This document shows, piece by piece, positions 9,834 through 19,783 of a stretch of 64,000 bases of DNA. Made by a program: the position numbers and the translations under genes. Under the pieces are notes generated by a model. It was not told the origin of the DNA, searched no databases, and saw only the letters and a list, made by a program, of their open reading frames with translations. The stretch is taken from NCBI GenBank assembly GCA_965197585.1, contig OZ240215.1, positions 1,504,001 through 1,568,000 of the forward strand. Reading direction: 5' to 3'. Each line of letters begins with the position of its first letter. The first letter of the stretch is position 1. The DNA comes from Dehalococcoidia bacterium (GTDB taxonomy: Bacteria; Chloroflexota; Dehalococcoidia; Plut-88900).

Positions 9834-11192
9834 ATGGGAATTCGTAGGCTAATACGTAAAATTGTCCGCCGTTGGCTCTGGGTGGCCTTATCTATATTGG
9901 TGCCGGTCATTGGCTCTTGGCTGGCAATGGAGCATTGGGAGTCGCTAAGAACAATTGGGGAGCCGCTAGGAACAAATGGGGAGTCGGCAAGTGCCACAAT
10001 CCGAAACATCGGCTTAGTTATAGCAGGTTTAACTGCTCTATTCTTGGCTCTATGGCGAGGTTTCGTCGCCGAAGACCAAGCGGATGCAGCTCAACAAAGC
10101 CTAAGAAACGAGCGTTACCAAAAGGGCGCCGATATGCTCGGTAACGAACGACTTTCAGTTCGCCTGGGCGGCATATACGCTTTACAAAGCCTGTCTCAAG
10201 AGCATAGTAGGGAATATCACATCAAGATTATGAAGATTCTATCTGCCTTCATCCGTTTTCCAACTGATGATCCCAATCACCTCATGGAATTGGACCGAAA
10301 GATAGGAGAGAACGTAATTAGGGAAGATGTCCAAGCGGTGCTGGATATGATTCGCGAACGGAGCAAATCTCAAATCGCAATAGAGAATACTGCGAAATTT
10401 ATCGTTGATTTGCCGTTTGCCAACCTCAGGTATGCGCGGCTTGCAAATGGCAAGCTTAAAGGTGCAATCCTTTGGAAAGCAGACCTCTCCTACGCAATAC
10501 TATGGGCGACAGATTTTTCTGGTGCAATGTTGTCTCAGGCTAATCTAAACGAAGCTGACCTAAAGCAAGCGATATTGTCAAATGCCGACCTTCGGGAGGC
10601 ACAACTCCGAGATGCTGAACTGTTGGGCACCCGTATGAACGGCGCAAAATTACAAAAAGCAAAACTGTCTAAGGCAAAACTTTGGGGAACAGACTTCTCC
10701 GGCGCTAACTTAAACGACGCAATTTTAGATTCCGCGGAAATCTGGGCAGCTAAGTTTCCAGGCGCCTTTCTTCATGGTACAAACTTGTCAAATGCCGACT
10801 TCAAACGCACGGACCTGTCCTACGGAAAACTTGCCAAGGCAAACTTGTCAAACGCGAAGGCTCAAGGCATGAATCTGTCCGGTGCTAACCTTAACGGTTC
10901 TAACCTATCCGAGGCAGACCTGCGAGAAGCCAATCTCTCGACTACCCAATTTTGGGCAGCCAATTTGAGCAATACACTTCTCGATGACGCGAATTTATCT
11001 GGTGCGGATTTCTCTGGAATCAGAACCCCAACATCCCTCTCATCGGTAATCGGTCTCACGCAGGCGCAACTGAATAGTGCGCGTGCCTACCCCAAAACTC
11101 CTCCGAAACTAAAGGGTGCACTCGACGCAGTTAGTGGTGAGCAGTTGCGCTGGCACGGGGGCCAAGGCGCTCCCCTTAAACAAGAGGACTAG
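9834..11192 (+). CDS. Membrane-anchored pentapeptide repeat protein
   Basis: Two N-terminal TM helices, VRLGGIYAL motif, then many A(D/N)LxX pentapeptide repeats; more AT-rich than its neighbours. Confidence 0.92.
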   Translation: MGIRRLIRKIVRRWLWVALSILVPVIGSWLAMEHWESLRTIGEPLGTNGESASATIRNIGLVIAGLTALFLALWRGFVAEDQADAAQQSLRNERYQKGADMLGNERLSVRLGGIYALQSLSQEHSREYHIKIMKILSAFIRFPTDDPNHLMELDRKIGENVIREDVQAVLDMIRERSKSQIAIENTAKFIVDLPFANLRYARLANGKLKGAILWKADLSYAILWATDFSGAMLSQANLNEADLKQAILSNADLREAQLRDAELLGTRMNGAKLQKAKLSKAKLWGTDFSGANLNDAILDSAEIWAAKFPGAFLHGTNLSNADFKRTDLSYGKLAKANLSNAKAQGMNLSGANLNGSNLSEADLREANLSTTQFWAANLSNTLLDDANLSGADFSGIRTPTSLSSVIGLTQAQLNSARAYPKTPPKLKGALDAVSGEQLRWHGGQGAPLKQED

Positions 11193-11195
11193 CCC

Positions 11196-12044
11196 CTAAA
11201 ACGCATCCCCACCCCGCACATACGCCCCCAGGTCCTGCCCCGTGTTCCGGTTCACCAGGTTCCGACCGTACATCGGGTGCCTCATTCCCCGCACCTCGTG
11301 CTCAATCTCGAACAACGCTTCCCCCGACTCCGGATCGACAATCTTCTGAAACCTGAACTGGTGATTACGTATCTCCTCGGTGATCAGGCCTCGCTCCGAC
11401 AGCGCAGTGAAAGGCCCCGAGAATCCTGCCACGTATATCGCAATGTGATGCCCGTCGTAGTCGGGGACATCGCCGCTTGACTCGCAGAACCGCAGCTCTT
11501 GCCCCGCCCCGATGCTCACCTTCGCCATCCCATCCGACGCTTCCGCAGGAGCGCCCATGATCTGCCGGTAGAACGCCGCTATCCCCTCCACCGTCCCCGA
11601 CGGCACGCCAAACTCCACGTACGGTATCCCCAGCGACATCTCCCCAAACTTATCCGACCTTCCGTCGTAGCACCGGAACGAGTTCCCCCACGGCCCCGTC
11701 ACCTCGACGCAGCAGTGCTTGTCCTCCCATGCAAACTCCGTCCCCGCAAGCCTCTCCTCCGCCTCCGAGAGCCTCTCTCTTAGCTGGTCCAAGCTCGGCG
11801 TCACCAGCCCGACGTGTCCCCGTAGGTGCTGTGCCTGGTTGGTCGGCAAGTGAAACTGCTGGTTACCCAGGTTTACCCACATATTGTCCACCCCGACCAT
11901 CAGGTACGGGTCACGGGTCCCGCCCAGTGCGGTCAGATAAAAAGCCGTCGCCGTCGACTGGTCGGGCACCGTCAAATTCACGTGCTCCATCCCGACTATA
12001 TTCCCAATGTCCTCAGCTTGCAGTGCGATCTCTGGATTGCTCAT
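11196..12044 (-). CDS. Glyoxalase/VOC-fold protein
   Basis: MEHVNLTVPDQ..ATAFY, QQFHLP, GPWGN, DGHHIAIYV, FEIEHEVR. Confidence 0.7.
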   Translation of the reverse strand: MSNPEIALQAEDIGNIVGMEHVNLTVPDQSTATAFYLTALGGTRDPYLMVGVDNMWVNLGNQQFHLPTNQAQHLRGHVGLVTPSLDQLRERLSEAEERLAGTEFAWEDKHCCVEVTGPWGNSFRCYDGRSDKFGEMSLGIPYVEFGVPSGTVEGIAAFYRQIMGAPAEASDGMAKVSIGAGQELRFCESSGDVPDYDGHHIAIYVAGFSGPFTALSERGLITEEIRNHQFRFQKIVDPESGEALFEIEHEVRGMRHPMYGRNLVNRNTGQDLGAYVRGGDAF

Positions 12045-12184
12045 GTTGCCTCCCTACCGGGCATTCTCGAACTTGATCTCAGCATACGCTTCACGCCATC
12101 GTTGAGTTCAAGCCTATTCTATAACATCCCATCTACAGTGCCCCAACCGACCCAAGACATACAATGCCGAGGCCCAGTTTTACT

Positions 12185-12211
12185 GTCATTCCGAGGCCCC
12201 GCGAGGAATCT
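12185..12211. repeat. REP-like palindrome, family B (GTCATTCCGAGGCCCCGCGAGGAATCT); copies at 26262-26286, 28791-28817, 45261-45285 (core inverted), one split by the IS at 8646/9710-9733, relatives at 26340 and 26454
   Basis: Near-identical 27-mer with ATTCC...GGAAT arms at several intergenic sites. Confidence 0.85.
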
Positions 12212-12420
12212 AGGACTTACCGCTTCACCCATCTCCCAGCTTCAACTTTCCACCTTACACCTTACACCACCTCTGAACTATGAGCGCACGACAGAACACA
12301 TCTCTGTCAACTTCCTGTCCCCTCCTCCCGTACCGAATTACACCTACATGCCGACGCAATTCACCAGGCTGTACATGCTGATCCATTCCAATCATCACTG
12401 AGTTAGGCGCCTACCGCAAA

Positions 12421-12545
12421 ACATACCTCAAGCCTATTCTTTCCATCTTCCCCCCCAAGGTACTGAATTAGGAGCCTCCTGCAACACATACCTCAAGTCC
12501 ATTCTTTTCCCCCTCCCCCCAGGTACTGAATTAGGGGCCTGCCTA
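12421..12545. repeat. Imperfect tandem duplication, ~65-bp unit (ACATACCTCAAG...GGTACTGAATTAGG.GCCT)
   Basis: Units start at 12421 and 12486. Confidence 0.75.
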
Positions 12546-12575
12546 TGCGCTATGCGCATAGGCAGGCCCCTATTC
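12523..12575. repeat. 19-bp stem / 3-nt loop hairpin element, family C; copies at 26385-26437 and 26496-26548
   Basis: Shared flanks GTA(C/T)TGAA(T/C)TAG(A/G)GGCC...GGCC(T/C)CT(A/G)TTC with different but complementary inner stems. Confidence 0.85.
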
Positions 12576-12581
12576 ATCTTT

Positions 12582-12638
12582 CCCCCTCTCCCTTGAAGGC
12601 CCTAAGGGAGAGGGGGATCAAGGGGGTAAGGGTTCCCT
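12582..12638. repeat. CCCCTCTCCC...GGGAGAGGG...GGGTGAGGG hairpin repeat, family D; copies at 26555-26610, 28832-28870, 41203-41241
   Basis: Recurrent palindrome followed by a G-rich tail. Confidence 0.8.
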
Positions 12639-12662
12639 TGGGGGGTGGGGGACATCCCCTCC

Positions 12663-13835
12663 CTAAGGCCCTTCCTGTTCAAACGTCCTCAACACCCGAG
12701 CCGGTGGCCGAAAATACTCCTCCGCCCCCAGCTTACCCTCGTCAAGCTCTATCCCCAGCCCCGGGGCCGTCGGCAGTTCGATATACCCGTCCTTCACCTT
12801 TATCGGCTCGACCGTTATGTCATTCGCCTTCTCTGCGAAGTTCACGAAGTACTCCGTGATAAGGAAGTTCGGTATGCACGCCGACACCTGCACCGTCGAC
12901 GCCAAAGCCACCGACGTGCTGTTGTAGTTGTGCGGTGAGACCGCCACGTAGTGGGGCTCGGCCATCGCCGCTATCTCCTTCAGCTCCAGGATTCCGCCGC
13001 AGTTGGCCACGTCCGGGTTGATGATGTCCACGGCTCTGTTCTCGAACACTTCACGGAACGCCGCCTTCCCATACAGGGCCTCGCCCGTCACAACGGGTAT
13101 GTCTATCTGGTCTCGAACCTCGGCCATCGCCCGCAGGTTCTCCGACGGAACCGGCTCCTCATACCAGAACGGGCGGAACCGCTCCACCTGCTTCGCGACC
13201 CTCACCGCGTTCATCGGCGAAAGCCGCCTGTGCACCTCGATGAGTATGTCGACCCTGTCGCCCACCGCCCCCCTCACCGCCGCTATGTTGTCCACTGCCG
13301 CCTCCTCGACCTCCTTGTCCACGTACAGCCGCCACGGCCCGGGGAACGGGTCGAACTTCAACGCCGTAAACCCTTCCTCCACCACCTCTCTAGCCATCGT
13401 TGCGTAGTCCTCCGGGTCCTTCGCCCCGCCGTACCAGCCGTTGGCATAGACCCGGATCTTGTCCCGGCACGCCCCTCCGAGAAGCTGGTAAACAGGCACA
13501 CCAAGTTTCTTCCCCACAATGTCCCACAGCGCCTGCTCGATACCGCTCAGAGCGCAGTAAAACTCCATCGACCCCCGACGCCCTGCATAATCGTCGTAGG
13601 CCATCTGCGTCGTGTGCTTGATGTTGAACGGGTCTCGGCCGACAATGTAGCGCCCCAGCTCCTCAACATGGGCCTGGATCGACCGGTCCCGGTCAAGCTG
13701 GGTGTATGCCTCTCCCCAGCCGTGGATCCCGGCGTCGGTCTCCACCTTCACGAACAACCAGCTCTTCCCACCGATCATCCCCGCCCTGTGCCCCTTGGAG
13801 TAGACCAGGTACGACTTGATGTTCTCAATCTTCAT
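12663..13835 (-). CDS. Mandelate racemase/galactonate dehydratase-like enolase-superfamily enzyme
   Basis: SGIEQALWDI.GK, KFDPF, EVH, YEEP, TGE, PDVANCGGI, PHNY, PGLG; start ATG 13835. Confidence 0.92.
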   Translation of the reverse strand: MKIENIKSYLVYSKGHRAGMIGGKSWLFVKVETDAGIHGWGEAYTQLDRDRSIQAHVEELGRYIVGRDPFNIKHTTQMAYDDYAGRRGSMEFYCALSGIEQALWDIVGKKLGVPVYQLLGGACRDKIRVYANGWYGGAKDPEDYATMAREVVEEGFTALKFDPFPGPWRLYVDKEVEEAAVDNIAAVRGAVGDRVDILIEVHRRLSPMNAVRVAKQVERFRPFWYEEPVPSENLRAMAEVRDQIDIPVVTGEALYGKAAFREVFENRAVDIINPDVANCGGILELKEIAAMAEPHYVAVSPHNYNSTSVALASTVQVSACIPNFLITEYFVNFAEKANDITVEPIKVKDGYIELPTAPGLGIELDEGKLGAEEYFRPPARVLRTFEQEGP

Positions 13836-13846
13836 GCCGCTCCCCT

Positions 13847-15106
13847 TCACCCGATGACCGCTATCGCCTCGACCTCTATCAGGGCCTGGGGATCGAGCAG
13901 CCGATTGCATACCGTCGTGGAGGCCGCCGGAAGCTCCGACCCGAAGAACTCCCGTCGCACGTCTATCGCTTTGTGGTAGTTGGGGAGCGCCGCCTCGTCT
14001 ATGTAGTCGGTGACCTTCAACACATCCTTGAAGCTCGCTCCTCCTGCCTCCAACACCTCGGCTATGTTCAGGTACGTCTGTCGGGTCTGCGCTTCCAAAT
14101 CGCCGATGGCCAGGGCACCCGTCTCCGGGTCATGCCCCGTAGTCCCCGATACGAAGAACAAATTGCCCTTCTTTACGCCCGGCAGGAAGGTTATCCCCTG
14201 TGCGTGGGCCCGTTCTGTTAACACCGTCTCCTTCTTTCCTCCCTTTACCGCCACCATGTTGATCTCAATCATCCACTCGGGGGCGTTCAAGGCGAGGCAC
14301 ACGACCCCCGTGGACGCCGGAAAGTCCTCTCCGAAGAACTCCCTTCTCAAGTCCGCCGTCAGCCTGTAGAAAGGCCGCGCCGCCGGGATGATGTAGTCCC
14401 GGGTCATTATCACGTCCTCCTGAGTCACTCCGCCCTCTGCCAGTATCATCTCGAACTTCTCGAAAAGGTAGCGCGTCTGCTCGACCAGCGTCCACGGACA
14501 AGCCCGCTCGTCGTTTTCATCAATGTACCAGGGCGCCTGCCCGGCCGACCAGAGGATGTCGTTCTTGAGAACGCCTGGCCGATTCGTCCCACTCTCGTAA
14601 GATGCAATGGTCTTTTCCGGGAACGGCGGGTAGCCGGGGTTGATGTACCGTCTCTCTCCGGGGCTGATGTCCAGGACGAGGTCAACGCTCCATATCGCAT
14701 TCAGATTCAGATTTCCCTGCATGTAAAGCCCGGTGCCCGGTGCATAGTTCGGCCCGAAATTGCTTCGCCACGTGTCGGGGCTGACCGTGGGAGATGAACG
14801 GAACGCTCGATTGTAGTGCGACAAGGGAGGACCCCCCGCCGCGGACGTGAAGACCGTCCGATTAGTCATGTCCTCCGGCTTCCCCCCCGATGCCTCGATC
14901 AGAAGCTTGTGTTTCTCCATGATCACGTCCATCTGCTCAACTGCATCGCCAGTGCACTCGATCTTCCCCGTCTCCGGGTTCTCACGCTCCGCCGTCTGCC
15001 CCGAGAGATAGAGAATCCCATTCTTCTCCGCACCCAGCGAGTAGGGCACCTTTGAGTGGTCGAAATAGGGCCAGTTAGCCGGGTTTATGAGTCGTCGTTC
15101 CGCCAT
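13847..15106 (-). CDS. Triple-domain Rid (YjgF/YER057c/UK114) protein
   Basis: Three ~135-aa repeats, each with LYLSGQ/LWSAGQ/FFVSGT near the start and SVDLV/IEINMVA/IEVEAIA at the end. Confidence 0.85.
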   Translation of the reverse strand: MAERRLINPANWPYFDHSKVPYSLGAEKNGILYLSGQTAERENPETGKIECTGDAVEQMDVIMEKHKLLIEASGGKPEDMTNRTVFTSAAGGPPLSHYNRAFRSSPTVSPDTWRSNFGPNYAPGTGLYMQGNLNLNAIWSVDLVLDISPGERRYINPGYPPFPEKTIASYESGTNRPGVLKNDILWSAGQAPWYIDENDERACPWTLVEQTRYLFEKFEMILAEGGVTQEDVIMTRDYIIPAARPFYRLTADLRREFFGEDFPASTGVVCLALNAPEWMIEINMVAVKGGKKETVLTERAHAQGITFLPGVKKGNLFFVSGTTGHDPETGALAIGDLEAQTRQTYLNIAEVLEAGGASFKDVLKVTDYIDEAALPNYHKAIDVRREFFGSELPAASTTVCNRLLDPQALIEVEAIAVIG

Positions 15107-15145
15107 TTCGTCTCCTTGATTCTGTCCAAGTTTTGATTTGCGCCC

Positions 15146-16543
15146 TTAACCCTTCGGAAAATCTGGGCCCGGGTAGGCGGGCACGTAAATGTCCTCGTAT
15201 TCTTGCTTGAATCGCGTCCACACCCTTAGCGTTGCCTCCCGAGCCTTCTCCACGACCTCGTCCTCATCCATGGTCAAGACCCTTCGGTCGCACAACACGA
15301 ACTCGCCGCCTACCATCACCGACTCCACGTCCCCAGTCTCTCCGTAGTGCACAAGGTTCGACACCGGGTTTATCGCCGGGACCAGGTGCGCCCGACTCAA
15401 ATCAACAAAAGTCAGATCAGCGAGCTTCCCCGCCTCTATCGACCCCAGTTCGTCCTCCATCCCGACGGACTTCGCCCCATTCAGAGTTGCCCAGTGCAGC
15501 AAGTCCTGGGGCATTGGTTTGGGCGGTGAATCGTCCCGCAAGCTTCGGTTTAGGACAAGCCCGAAGTTCAGGGCATGGAACATGTTCTCAGTCATGTTGT
15601 CCGTGCCGAGGGTGACGTTCACCCCCGAGTCCGTGATCTTCGGCATCCTGGGCATCGGGTACCGGCCCGTTCGGGCGCTGGGCGACGGACAATGGGCCAT
15701 GTGCGTACCCGTCTCGGCGAGAATTTCCACGTCGGCTTCGTCGCAGAAGAACCAGTGTGCCGCAAGCACGTCCCGCCCCAACCACCCGTTTTCCCTCAAG
15801 TACTCCGCCGAGGACTTCCCGCTCACCACCCTCACCTGGTCCAGTTCTTTCTGACTCTGCGCCAAATGCACCGTCCGACGCAGCCCATGCCTCTCCGACA
15901 TATCGAGCAGCTTCCTCAGCATCCAGGGTGAACAGTTGTCTGGGGCGTGGGCCGCCACCTGGCACTGCACACGACCCCCGTCCATCCCGTGAAATTCCTC
16001 GATGAGCCGCTCGGCCCTGTCCAGAAACTCCTGTCCCCACTCCTCGGAATATTCGTATATGCCATAACGGATTTTGAGGTTGAGGGCGTCGGCGCAGCTT
16101 TCGCTCAGGAACAGCCTGAGCCCCGAGTCCGCCATGGTTTGTGCGTATTGATAGACGTGCCGGAACGGGTCAACCATCGTCGTCGTCCCCGACCTGATCG
16201 CCTCCAGGCAGCCCAGCGCGTTCATTGCCCGCCGGTCCTCGTCCGTCATGGCGAATGAGATCGGCGACATGTATCCGTAAATGGCGTCGCCGCCCATGTC
16301 CTCCACCGTGCCCCGAAGCACCGTGAGCACCGAGTGAGTATGTGCGTTGACGAAGCCCGGCATAACTGCCCGCCCCGAGGCGTCGATCCTATCCAGACTC
16401 TCATACTTCCGCCTCATCTCCCCCGACTCTCCTACGTCCAGAATCCTCTTCCCCCGAACTGCAACCGCCCCGTTCTCTATCACCGCACCTTCGGCGTCGC
16501 ACGTAATCACGACAGCATTTTCTATCAGCGCATCCATAGTCAT
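15146..16543 (-). CDS. Amidohydrolase of the MTA/SAH deaminase-Atz/Trz group
   Basis: MPGFVNAHTH, HLAQ, LAAHW, AHCPS, LGTDN, GSIEAGKLADL. Confidence 0.9.
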   Translation of the reverse strand: MTMDALIENAVVITCDAEGAVIENGAVAVRGKRILDVGESGEMRRKYESLDRIDASGRAVMPGFVNAHTHSVLTVLRGTVEDMGGDAIYGYMSPISFAMTDEDRRAMNALGCLEAIRSGTTTMVDPFRHVYQYAQTMADSGLRLFLSESCADALNLKIRYGIYEYSEEWGQEFLDRAERLIEEFHGMDGGRVQCQVAAHAPDNCSPWMLRKLLDMSERHGLRRTVHLAQSQKELDQVRVVSGKSSAEYLRENGWLGRDVLAAHWFFCDEADVEILAETGTHMAHCPSPSARTGRYPMPRMPKITDSGVNVTLGTDNMTENMFHALNFGLVLNRSLRDDSPPKPMPQDLLHWATLNGAKSVGMEDELGSIEAGKLADLTFVDLSRAHLVPAINPVSNLVHYGETGDVESVMVGGEFVLCDRRVLTMDEDEVVEKAREATLRVWTRFKQEYEDIYVPAYPGPDFPKG

Positions 16544-16682
16544 TCGTCCTCCGGCCCTATTCTATCAGCCGAGTGAGGGGGCAGTGCTAGAATAGAATCT
16601 ACTCTCCCGAGCCCGACCGGAGGAGAAGCAGGTTCAAATGGGTTGTATGCGGGCGCACGACAAGTCGTAAAGGGAGAATTGC

Positions 16683-18017
16683 ATGAACCCCAGGATCATA
16701 ATAGTCATAGCGCTGCTGATGACCGTCCTTGCGTTTACATGTTCGAGCTCCGGTCCCACAGCGACGCCTGCGCCTGCACCCACGTCTACTCCAACACTCA
16801 CGCCATCGCCAACCCTCATATCCACATCTACCCCGACACCCGCGTTTGCTACAACACCTACACCCTCGCCTATCCCAGCACCCGCGCCAACACCGACAAT
16901 GGCGCCTATCCCTACACCCACCCTCGCGCCTACCGCAACTCCTACGCCGATACCGATACCCACATCCACATCCACACCCACTCCCACGCCGATCCCCACG
17001 CCGACGGCCACACCAACGCCAGACCCTTATGAGCTAATGCTGGCCCTAATAAATGAGGCCCGGGTAGAAGCGGGCCTGTTAGCGGTTGTGAGGGGCGATA
17101 ACGAGGCGGCGCAAATTCACGCTGACCGCTCGCTGGAAAACTGCATCAGCTCCCACTGGAGCATCGACGGCCTAACCCCGAATATGCGGTACTCCCTGGT
17201 TGGCGGATATCAGTCGGCTAATGAGAATATGTCCGGTTCTGACTATTGCCGGTTGCCGAATCTAGGCTATAGCGCCATTTCGAGTGTCGCCGAGGAAGTG
17301 CGTGAGGCAATGAGAGGGTGGATGGACAGCCCCGGCCACAGGGCCAACATCCTCAAACCTCGCCAGAGGAAAGTCAACATCGGCTTGGCATGGGACAGGT
17401 ACAACTTTGTGGCCGTTCAGCAGTTCGAGGGCGACTACATTGAGTACACGATCTTGCCTGCGATCGAAGGCGGCGTGCTGTCGATGGAAGGCAAGCTGAA
17501 GAACGGCGCGAACCTTGAGCATGGCGACCACTACCGAGTTACGATCTTCCTACACCCGCCGCCGCATCAACTAACGCAGGGGCAGATTGCACGGGTATAC
17601 GGCAGTTGCTTGGGGCGGAAGGTTGCGTTCCTGAGTTACCGTAGCGCAGGAACAGCGGAGAGCACTTGGAACCCATGCCTGAGCCCCTACGACGTGTCGC
17701 CTGACGCCCCTGCTCCCACCTCGGGCAACGCTGCGCACGCTCTGTGGGAGGAGGCCCGTGCGCGGTATGAAGCTCTCGAGGAGTCCGTGCCCATAACCGT
17801 CGCGAAGGTACGGATGTCGAGATGGGAACTGGACGGTGACCGGTTCGCCATCAGCGCCGACTTGGGAGACGTGCTGGAGACTCACGGGCCGGGCGTCTAC
17901 GAGGTGAATGTTTTCGGAGTATTGGATGGGAATGTTGATTTAATTTCCAGATACTCCATCTTCCATGGCATTCCAAGGCCTGCGGGCTACGATGTTCCTG
18001 CCCGTCCCACACGCTAG
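16683..18017 (+). CDS. Lipoprotein with a Pro/Thr-rich linker and a CAP (SCP-like) domain
   Basis: Lipobox-like LAFTC, long PT repeats, [22 protein letters not shown]. Confidence 0.88.
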   Translation: MNPRIIIVIALLMTVLAFTCSSSGPTATPAPAPTSTPTLTPSPTLISTSTPTPAFATTPTPSPIPAPAPTPTMAPIPTPTLAPTATPTPIPIPTSTSTPTPTPIPTPTATPTPDPYELMLALINEARVEAGLLAVVRGDNEAAQIHADRSLENCISSHWSIDGLTPNMRYSLVGGYQSANENMSGSDYCRLPNLGYSAISSVAEEVREAMRGWMDSPGHRANILKPRQRKVNIGLAWDRYNFVAVQQFEGDYIEYTILPAIEGGVLSMEGKLKNGANLEHGDHYRVTIFLHPPPHQLTQGQIARVYGSCLGRKVAFLSYRSAGTAESTWNPCLSPYDVSPDAPAPTSGNAAHALWEEARARYEALEESVPITVAKVRMSRWELDGDRFAISADLGDVLETHGPGVYEVNVFGVLDGNVDLISRYSIFHGIPRPAGYDVPARPTR

Positions 18018-18155
18018 GTGTCGATGGGTTCTTTTCGTATTAGCGTGAGCGCTTTTGCATCAGCAGGGGGTTATTCATCAAAGCACCTCAGCCCCATCCC
18101 CGCCCAGTGTTATAATCTCCTCGGCGCTCCCGTGCGTGTGCGGAGGAAGAACGGC

Positions 18156-19184
18156 TTGGCATCCGACCCCCATCAGACTCTCGACTACTTTGAAGCCGTC
18201 GAGTTTTACTTCAACCAGGGCCTCACAGACGGCCTGCCCGTAGTACCCCCCACCCCCAACCGCCTCGCCGAATTCCTCGACTCCGCAAACCTGAAACCTG
18301 ATGACATCGTTGGCATCGTCCCCATAGGCGCCATCCCCATAACCGCCGAAAAGGTGGCACTCAACGCCGTCATGGCCGGCTGCCTCCCCGACTATATGCC
18401 CGTCATAGTCACCGGCATCCAGGCCATGGTCGACGACGAATTCAGCCTAAACGCCACCGCCGCCAGCACCTCCGGGTCGTCTCACATGCTTGTGGTCGGG
18501 GGCAAGGTGGTAGATGAGCTCGGCATCAACTACGGCGTCAATATGCTCGGCCCCGGCACCCGAGCCAACTCAACAATCGGCAGGGCCATCAGGCTCATAC
18601 TCATGAACGTCTGCGGCGCATTGCCCGGCGTGTTGGACAAGTCGACCCTCGGCAACCCGGGCAAGTACACAGCCTGCATCGCCGAGGACGAGTCCCTCAC
18701 CCCCTGGCCTCCCCTCCGCTCCGACTACGGCATCCCCGAGTCCCAGGATGCCGTAACCGCATTCGCCTGCTACGCCCCCGTCCAGGTCTCCGACCACCGC
18801 AGCAGTAGCGCCGAAGAGGTCTTGACCCGCATCGCCGACGCCATTGTCGCCTACCCTTACTACGCGCGTGGATGCGAGATCATGGTCATCCTCGTCCCCG
18901 AGCACTTGACCCATATCCTGCACGCCGGTTGGACCAAGGACGAAGTCCGGCAGTTCCTGCACGAGGCTACCCAAAGACCCATGGACTTCTGGAAAGCCCG
19001 CCCCGACAGCGGAAAGAACGAATTCCGGGAGGGCATCGGACTCTCAGGCGTCACGGCCTCCCCCGATGACTTTCTGATAGTGCCCGCAGGCGGCAGCGCG
19101 GGCGGATTCTCGGCATTCCTCGTATCATGGGGCAGCGAGGTCGACTATAGCCGCAGCGTCACCCGGCCTATAAGACAGCCCTGA
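18156..19184 (+). CDS. Conserved protein that typically partners UGSC-family selenoproteins (TDGLPVVPPT family)
   Basis: GLTDGLPVVPPT, EKVALNAVMAGC.P, GPG.RANSTIGRA, LGNPGKY; TTG start after GGAGGA. Confidence 0.8.
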   Translation: MASDPHQTLDYFEAVEFYFNQGLTDGLPVVPPTPNRLAEFLDSANLKPDDIVGIVPIGAIPITAEKVALNAVMAGCLPDYMPVIVTGIQAMVDDEFSLNATAASTSGSSHMLVVGGKVVDELGINYGVNMLGPGTRANSTIGRAIRLILMNVCGALPGVLDKSTLGNPGKYTACIAEDESLTPWPPLRSDYGIPESQDAVTAFACYAPVQVSDHRSSSAEEVLTRIADAIVAYPYYARGCEIMVILVPEHLTHILHAGWTKDEVRQFLHEATQRPMDFWKARPDSGKNEFREGIGLSGVTASPDDFLIVPAGGSAGGFSAFLVSWGSEVDYSRSVTRPIRQP

Positions 19185-19210
19185 CTCCGACCACTAATAA
19201 TGAGGTGAAT

Positions 19211-19783
19211 ATGTCAAATCAAAGCGCCACAGGCATTCCCGTAATGGACCCCAGAGGCGAGACTCCAGCCGCGAGTGTGTCAATGGCCCTCCGTCTCCCG
19301 AGCCTCGACGGCGTGACCCTCGGCCTGGTCGATAACACCAAGATCAATGCCGGCAAACTACTGGATCGGCTTTCTTCCCTCCTCGAAGAGGAAGCCCCGA
19401 ATGCCCGCATAGTCCGGTTCTCCAAGCCCGATGCCACCCGCCCCGCTCCCCCCAACCTGGTCAAGCAGATCACCGAGGAGTGCGACGCAGCAGTCCTCGC
19501 CATCGGGGACTGAGGCTCCTGCAGCCAGTGCAGTTTGCACGACGGTATAGAATTGGAGATGAACGGCATCCCGACTGCCGTAATAATCACCGAGGAGTTC
19601 GAGGTTCCCGCCAGGACCATCGCCCGCATGAGAGGAATACCGGACTACCTCTACGCCAAGGTGGGCCACCCCATCGGGAGCCTGAATGAGCATGCCCTTC
19701 TGGAAAGAGCCAGGTCGGCGTTGCCCCAGGTGCTTAGCATCCTCACCCGAGACCCAAGTCAAAGAAATGGACGGAAGCAATAG
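19211..19783 (+). CDS. UGSC-family selenoprotein (Sec at TGA 19511-19513, codon 101)
   Basis: AIGD-TGA-GSCSQCSLHDGIELE..GIPTA is one continuous frame joining ORFs 19205..19513 and 19535..19783; hairpin gtgca-gtt-tgcac at +15..+27. Confidence 0.88.

Noticed and set aside
10420-11010. 15-bp periodicity
   Set aside because: Explained by pentapeptide repeat coding
16770-17025. Low-complexity ACx/CCx repeats resembling a repeat array
   Set aside because: They encode the Pro/Thr linker of the CAP lipoprotein
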